64,000 nt of DNA from Eledone cirrhosa (taxonomy: Eukaryota): assembly GCA_964016885.1 (NCBI GenBank), contig OZ024744.1, forward strand, positions 112,344,001 through 112,408,000, given 5' to 3'. The notes below the pieces were generated by a model. The model searched no databases and was not told the DNA's origin. It saw nothing but the letters and a program-made list of their open reading frames with translations. Each line of letters opens with the position of its first letter. The first letter of the stretch is position 1. Shown here one piece after another: positions 58,901 through 64,000 of the stretch. A program made the translations under genes and the position numbers.

Positions 58901-61900
58901 TAGTTTATATAGCCCTAGGTCAATTGTTGTTTATATAGCCCTAGGTCAATTGTTGTAGTTTATATAGCCCTAGGTCAATTGTTGTTTATATAGCCCTAGG
59001 TCAATTATTGTAGTTTATATAGCCCTAGGTCAATTGTTGTAGTTTATATAGCCTTAGGTCAATTGTTGTAGTTTATATAGCCCTAGGTCAATTGTTGTAG
59101 TTTATATAGCCCTAGGTCAATTGTTGTTTATATAGCCCTAGGTCAATTGTTGTAGTTTATATAGCCCTAGGTCAATTGTTGTTTATATAGCCCTAGGTCA
59201 ATTGTTGTAGTTTATATAGCCCTAGGTCAATTGTTGTTTATATAGCCCTAGGTCAATTGTTGTAGTTTATATAGCCCTAGGTCAATTGTTGTAGTTTATA
59301 TAGCCCTAGGTCAATTGTTGTAGTTTATATAGCCTTAGGTCAATTGTTGTAGTTTATATAGCCCTAGGTCAATTGTTGTAGTTTATATAGCCCTAGGTCA
59401 ATTGTTGTTTATATAGCCCTAGGTCAATTGTTGTAGTTTATATAGCCCTAGGTCAATTGTAGTTTATATAGCCCTAGGTCAATTGTTGTAGTTTATATAG
59501 CCCTAGGTCAATTGTAGTTTATATAGCCCTAGGTCAATTGTTGTAGTTTATATAGCCTCAGGTCAATTGTTGTAGTTTATATAGCCCTAGGTCAATTGTT
59601 GTAGTTTATATAGCCTCAGGTCAATTGTTGTAGTTTATATAGCCTCAGGTCAATTGTTGTAGTTTATATAGCCCTAGGTCAACCGTTGTAGTTTATATAG
59701 CCCTAGGTCAACCGTTGTAGTTTATATAGCCCTAGGTCAACCGTTGTAGTTTATATAGCCCTAGGTCAACCGTTGTAGTTTATATAGCCCTAGGTCAACC
59801 GTTGTAGTTTATATAGCCCTAGGTCAATTGTTGTAGTTTATATAGCCCTAGGTCAATTGTTGTAGTTTATATAGCCCTAGGTCAACCGTTGTAGTTTATA
59901 TAGCCCTAGGTCAACCGTTGTAGTTTATATAGCCCTAGGTCAACCGTTGTAGTTTATATAGCCCTAGGTCAATTGTTGTAGTTTATATAGCCCTAGGTCA
60001 ATTGTTGTAGTTTATATAGCCCTAGGTCAATTGTTGTAGTTTATATAGCCCTAGGTCAATTGTTGTAGTTTATATAGCCCTAGGTCAATTGTTGTTTATA
60101 TAGCCCTAGGTCAATTGTTGTAGTTTATATAGCCCTAGGTCAATTGTTGTAGTTTATATAGCCCTAGGTCAATTGTTGTAGTTTATATAGCCCTAGGTCA
60201 ATTGTTGTAGTTTATATAGCCCTAGGTCAACCGTTGTAGTTTATATAGCCCTAGGTCAATTGTTGTAGTTTATATAGCCCTAGGTCAATTGTTGTTTATA
60301 TAGCCCTAGGTCAATTGTTGTAGTTTATATAGCCCTAGGTCAATTGTTGTAGTTTATATAGCCCTAGGTCAATTGTTGTAGTTTATATAGCCCTAGGTCA
60401 ATTGTTGTAGTTTATATAGCCCTAGGTCAATTGTTGTTTATATAGCCCTAGGTCAATTGTTGTAGTTTATATAGCCCTAGGTCAATTGTTGTAGTTTATA
60501 TAGCCCTAGGTCAATTGTTGTTTATATAGCCCTAGGTCAATTGTTGTAGTTTATATAGCCCTAGGTCAATTGTTGTAGTTTATATAGCCCTAGGTCAATT
60601 GTTGTAGTTTATATAGCCCTAGGTCAATTGTTGTTTATATAGCCCTAGGTCAATTGTTGTAGTTTATATAGCCCTAGGTCAATTGTTGTAGTTTATATAG
60701 CCCTAGGTCAATTGTTGTAGTTTATATAGCCCTAGGTCAATTCTTGTTTATATAGCCCTAGGTCAATTGTTGTAGTTTATATAGCCCTAGGTCAATTGTT
60801 GTAGTTTATATAGCCCTAGGTCAATTGTTGTAGTTTATATAGCCCTAGGTCAATTGTTGTAGTTTATATAGCCCTAGGTCAATTGTTGTAGTTTATATAG
60901 CCCTAGGTCAATTGTTGTAGTTTATATAGCCCTAGGTCAATTGTTGTAGTTTATATAGCCCTAGGTCAATTGTTGTAGTTTATATAGCCCTAGGTCAATT
61001 GTTGTTTATATAGCCCTAGGTCTATTGTTGTAGTTTATATAGCCCTAGGTCAATTGTTGTAGTTTATATAGCCCTAGGTCAATTGTTGTAGTTTATATAG
61101 CCCTAGGTCAATTGTTGTTTATATAGCCCTAGGTCAATTGTTGTTTATATAGCCCTAGGTCAATTGTTGTAGTTTATATAGCCCTAGGTCAATTGTTGTA
61201 GTTTATATAGCCCTAGGTCAATTGTTGTAGTTTATATAGCCCTAGGTCAATTGTTGTTTATATAGCCCTAGGTCAATTGTTGTAGTTTATATAGCCCTAG
61301 GTCAATTGTTGTAGTTTATATAGCCCTAGGTCAATTGTTGTTTATATAGCCCTAGGTCAATTGTTGTAGTTTATATAGCCCTAGGTCAATTGTTGTAGTT
61401 TATATAGCCCTAGGTCAATTGTTGTAGTTTATATAGCCCTAGGTCAATTGTTGTAGTTTATATAGCCCTAGGTCAATTGTTGTAGTTTATATAGCCCTAG
61501 GTCAATTGTTGTAGTTTATATAGCCCTAGGTCAATTGTTGTTTATATAGCCCTAGGTCAATTGTTGTAGTTTATATAGCCCTAGGTCAATTGTTGTAGTT
61601 TATATAGCCCTAGGTCAATTGTTGTAGTTTATATAGCCCTAGGTCAATTGTAGTTTATATAGTCCTAGGTCAATTGTTGTAGTTTATATAGCCCTAGGTC
61701 AATTGTTGTAGTTTATATAGCCCTAGGTCAATTGTTGTAGTTTATATAGCCCTAGGTCAATTGTTGTTTATATAGCCCTAGGTCAATTGTTGTAGTTTAT
61801 ATAGCCCTAGGTCAATTGTTGTAGTTTATATAGCCCTAGGTCAATTGTTGTAGTTTATATAGCCCTAGGTCAATTGTTGTAGTTTATATAGCCCTAGGTC

Positions 61901-63099
61901 AATTGTTGTAGTTTATATAGCCCTAGGTCAATTGTTGTAGTTTATATAGCCCTAGGTCAATTGTTGTAGTTTATATAGCCCTAGGTCAATTGTTGTAGTT
62001 TATATAGCCTAGGTCAATTGTTGTAGTTTATATAGTCCTAGGTCAATTGTTGTTTATATAGCCTCAGGTCAATTGTTGTTTATATAGCCCTAGGTCAATT
62101 GTTGTAGTTTATATAGCCCTAGGTCAATTGTTGTAGTTTATATAGCCTAGGTCAATTGTTGTAGTTTATATAGTCCTAGGTCAATTGTTGTAGTTTATAT
62201 AGCCCTAGGTCAATTGTTGTAGTTTATATAGCCCTAGGTCAATTGTTGTAGTTTATATAGCCCTAGGTCAATTGTTGTAGTTTATATAGCCCTAGGTCAA
62301 TTGTTGTAGTTTATATAGCCCTAGGTCAATTGTTGTAGTTTATATAGCCCTAGGTCAATTGTTGTAGTTTATATAGCCCTAGGTCAATTGTTGTAGTTTA
62401 TATAGCCCTAGGTCAATTGTTGTAGTTTATATAGCCTAGGTCAATTGTTGTAGTTTATATAGTCCTAGGTCAATTGTTGTTTATATAGCCTCAGGTCAAT
62501 TGTTGTTTATATAGCCCTAGGTCAATTGTTGTAGTTTATATAGCCCTAGGTCAATTGTTGTAGTTTATATAGCCTAGGTCAATTGTTGTAGTTTATATAG
62601 TCCTAGGTCAATTGTTGTAGTTTATATAGCCCTAGGTCAATTGTTGTAGTTTATATAGCCCTAGGTCATTTGTTGTAGTTTATATAGCCCTAGGTCAATT
62701 GTAGTTTATATAGCCCTAGGTCAATCGTTGTAGTTTATATAGTCCTAGGTCAATTGTTGTAGTTTATATAGCCTCAGGTCAATTGTTGTTTATATAGCCC
62801 TAGGTCAATTGTTGTAGTTTATATAGTCCTAGGTCAATTGTTGTAGTTTATATAGTCCTAGGTCAATTGTTGTAGTTTATATAGCCCTAGGTCAATTGTT
62901 GTAGTTTATATAGCCCTAGGTCAATTGTTGTAGTTTATATAGCCCTAGGTCAATTGTTGTAATTTATATAGCCCTAGGTCAATTGTTGTAGTTTATATAG
63001 CCCTAGGTCAATCGTTGTAGTTTATATAGCCCTAGGTCAATTGTTGTAGTTTATATAGCCCTAGGTCAATCGTTGTAGTTTATATAGCCCTAGGTCAAT
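46908..63099. repeat. 29-bp satellite TAGTTTATATAGCCCTAGGTCAA(TT/CC)GTTG, about 16.2 kb
   Basis: About 560 head-to-tail units with a small set of recurrent variants. Confidence 0.99.
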
Positions 63100-63670
63100 C
63101 TCAAACGAGGCAGCAACCTGTTGTGTTCAACAAATGTTGCCAACCAGGACAAGTCATCGAGTCTTACATAGTTTTAGACATAGTGTGTCTGGAACTTAAC
63201 CAAACACTTCATTTCTCATTTTAAAGATGTTTTTAAATGAACTCTTAAACATCCTGTTATGATTTAGAAAAAAAATATTTTAAAACGAGTTTATAAAAAC
63301 AAATATTCATGTCTTTACTAGTAGAGTAGTCATTGTGAACATTTGCAGCATTAAAATAAAAACTTCAAGTGTTGTTTTGTACTTTTCCAAGAGTGTCTTT
63401 GCTAACGTGGTTTCAGGACATTAAGCATTAAAGACAGACTTGAGAGAGAGAGATATGTGCTGCTATTTCTACAAATTCGAGGCGACCATTCAGAGGATCC
63501 CCACTTTTTTTTGTGGTTGAGAGGATGGTCGATAGTAATTTAGGATTATCGATGTAGTTAGTGGGTACGGGTGGGTGTTTAGCAGAGCCGAGTGGGTAGA
63601 TGGATAGGTAATATTATTAAACAGTTGTTAAATAGGATAAACACAGATCTGACTACTAAATTAGAAAATA

Positions 63671-63846
63671 ATCGGTAGAGAGTCGGACGCCACGCTTTGA
63701 CGCATATGACGCAATGCCCTTGCCATTCTGAGTTCAAATCCCGCAGAGGTTAACTTTGCCTTTCATCCTTACGGGGTCGATAAAATAAAGTACCAGTAAT
63801 GCACTGGGTGGTTGCTGGCCTTGTGCAAAAACATAGAAACAATTAT
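63671..63846 (+). mobile_element. SINE family 2 copy (5'-truncated) flanked by a 56-bp direct repeat
   Basis: 63613-63668 and 63842-63897 match with 2 mismatches. Confidence 0.85.
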
Positions 63847-64000
63847 TAAACAGTTGTCAAATAGGATAAACATAGATCTGACTACTAAATTAGAAAACAC
63901 AACACCTCAAACAACAAAAGACAAAAAAAAAACATCAGGCAAGAAAACAGGATGAAAGAGTATACATATGTATGCATATATGTGTGTATAGTCATTATAT

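Noticed and set aside
46908-63099. Telomeric array, or array of AGGTCA nuclear-receptor sites
   Set aside because: Contains CTAGGG once per 29 bp rather than (TTAGGG)n and has non-satellite DNA on both sides; an isolated hexamer half-site is not evidence of function

Overview
Repeat-saturated, apparently gene-free animal genomic DNA. The repeat families look like those of coleoid cephalopods such as Octopus (inference). From 1 to 34 kb, long interrupted (TA)n tracts carry many retroelements: two long 5'-truncated RTE LINEs with a PHD finger inserted inside the RT domain, plus several 3' fragments; a second RTE family ending in three C2H2 fingers, with bipartite non-autonomous derivatives; a decayed Penelope-like GIY-YIG element; and two tRNA-derived SINE families. 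Several fold-back inverted repeats occur here, some carrying hammerhead ribozyme motifs. From 35 to 46 kb there are a minisatellite, a 20-bp satellite, a decayed R4/Dong-like RLE retrotransposon and a MITE-like palindrome. From 46.9 to 63.1 kb there is a 29-bp satellite with binary variants and local higher-order repeats. No host protein-coding gene is supported, and the long YI-rich ORFs are microsatellite artefacts. There is one 200-N assembly gap.
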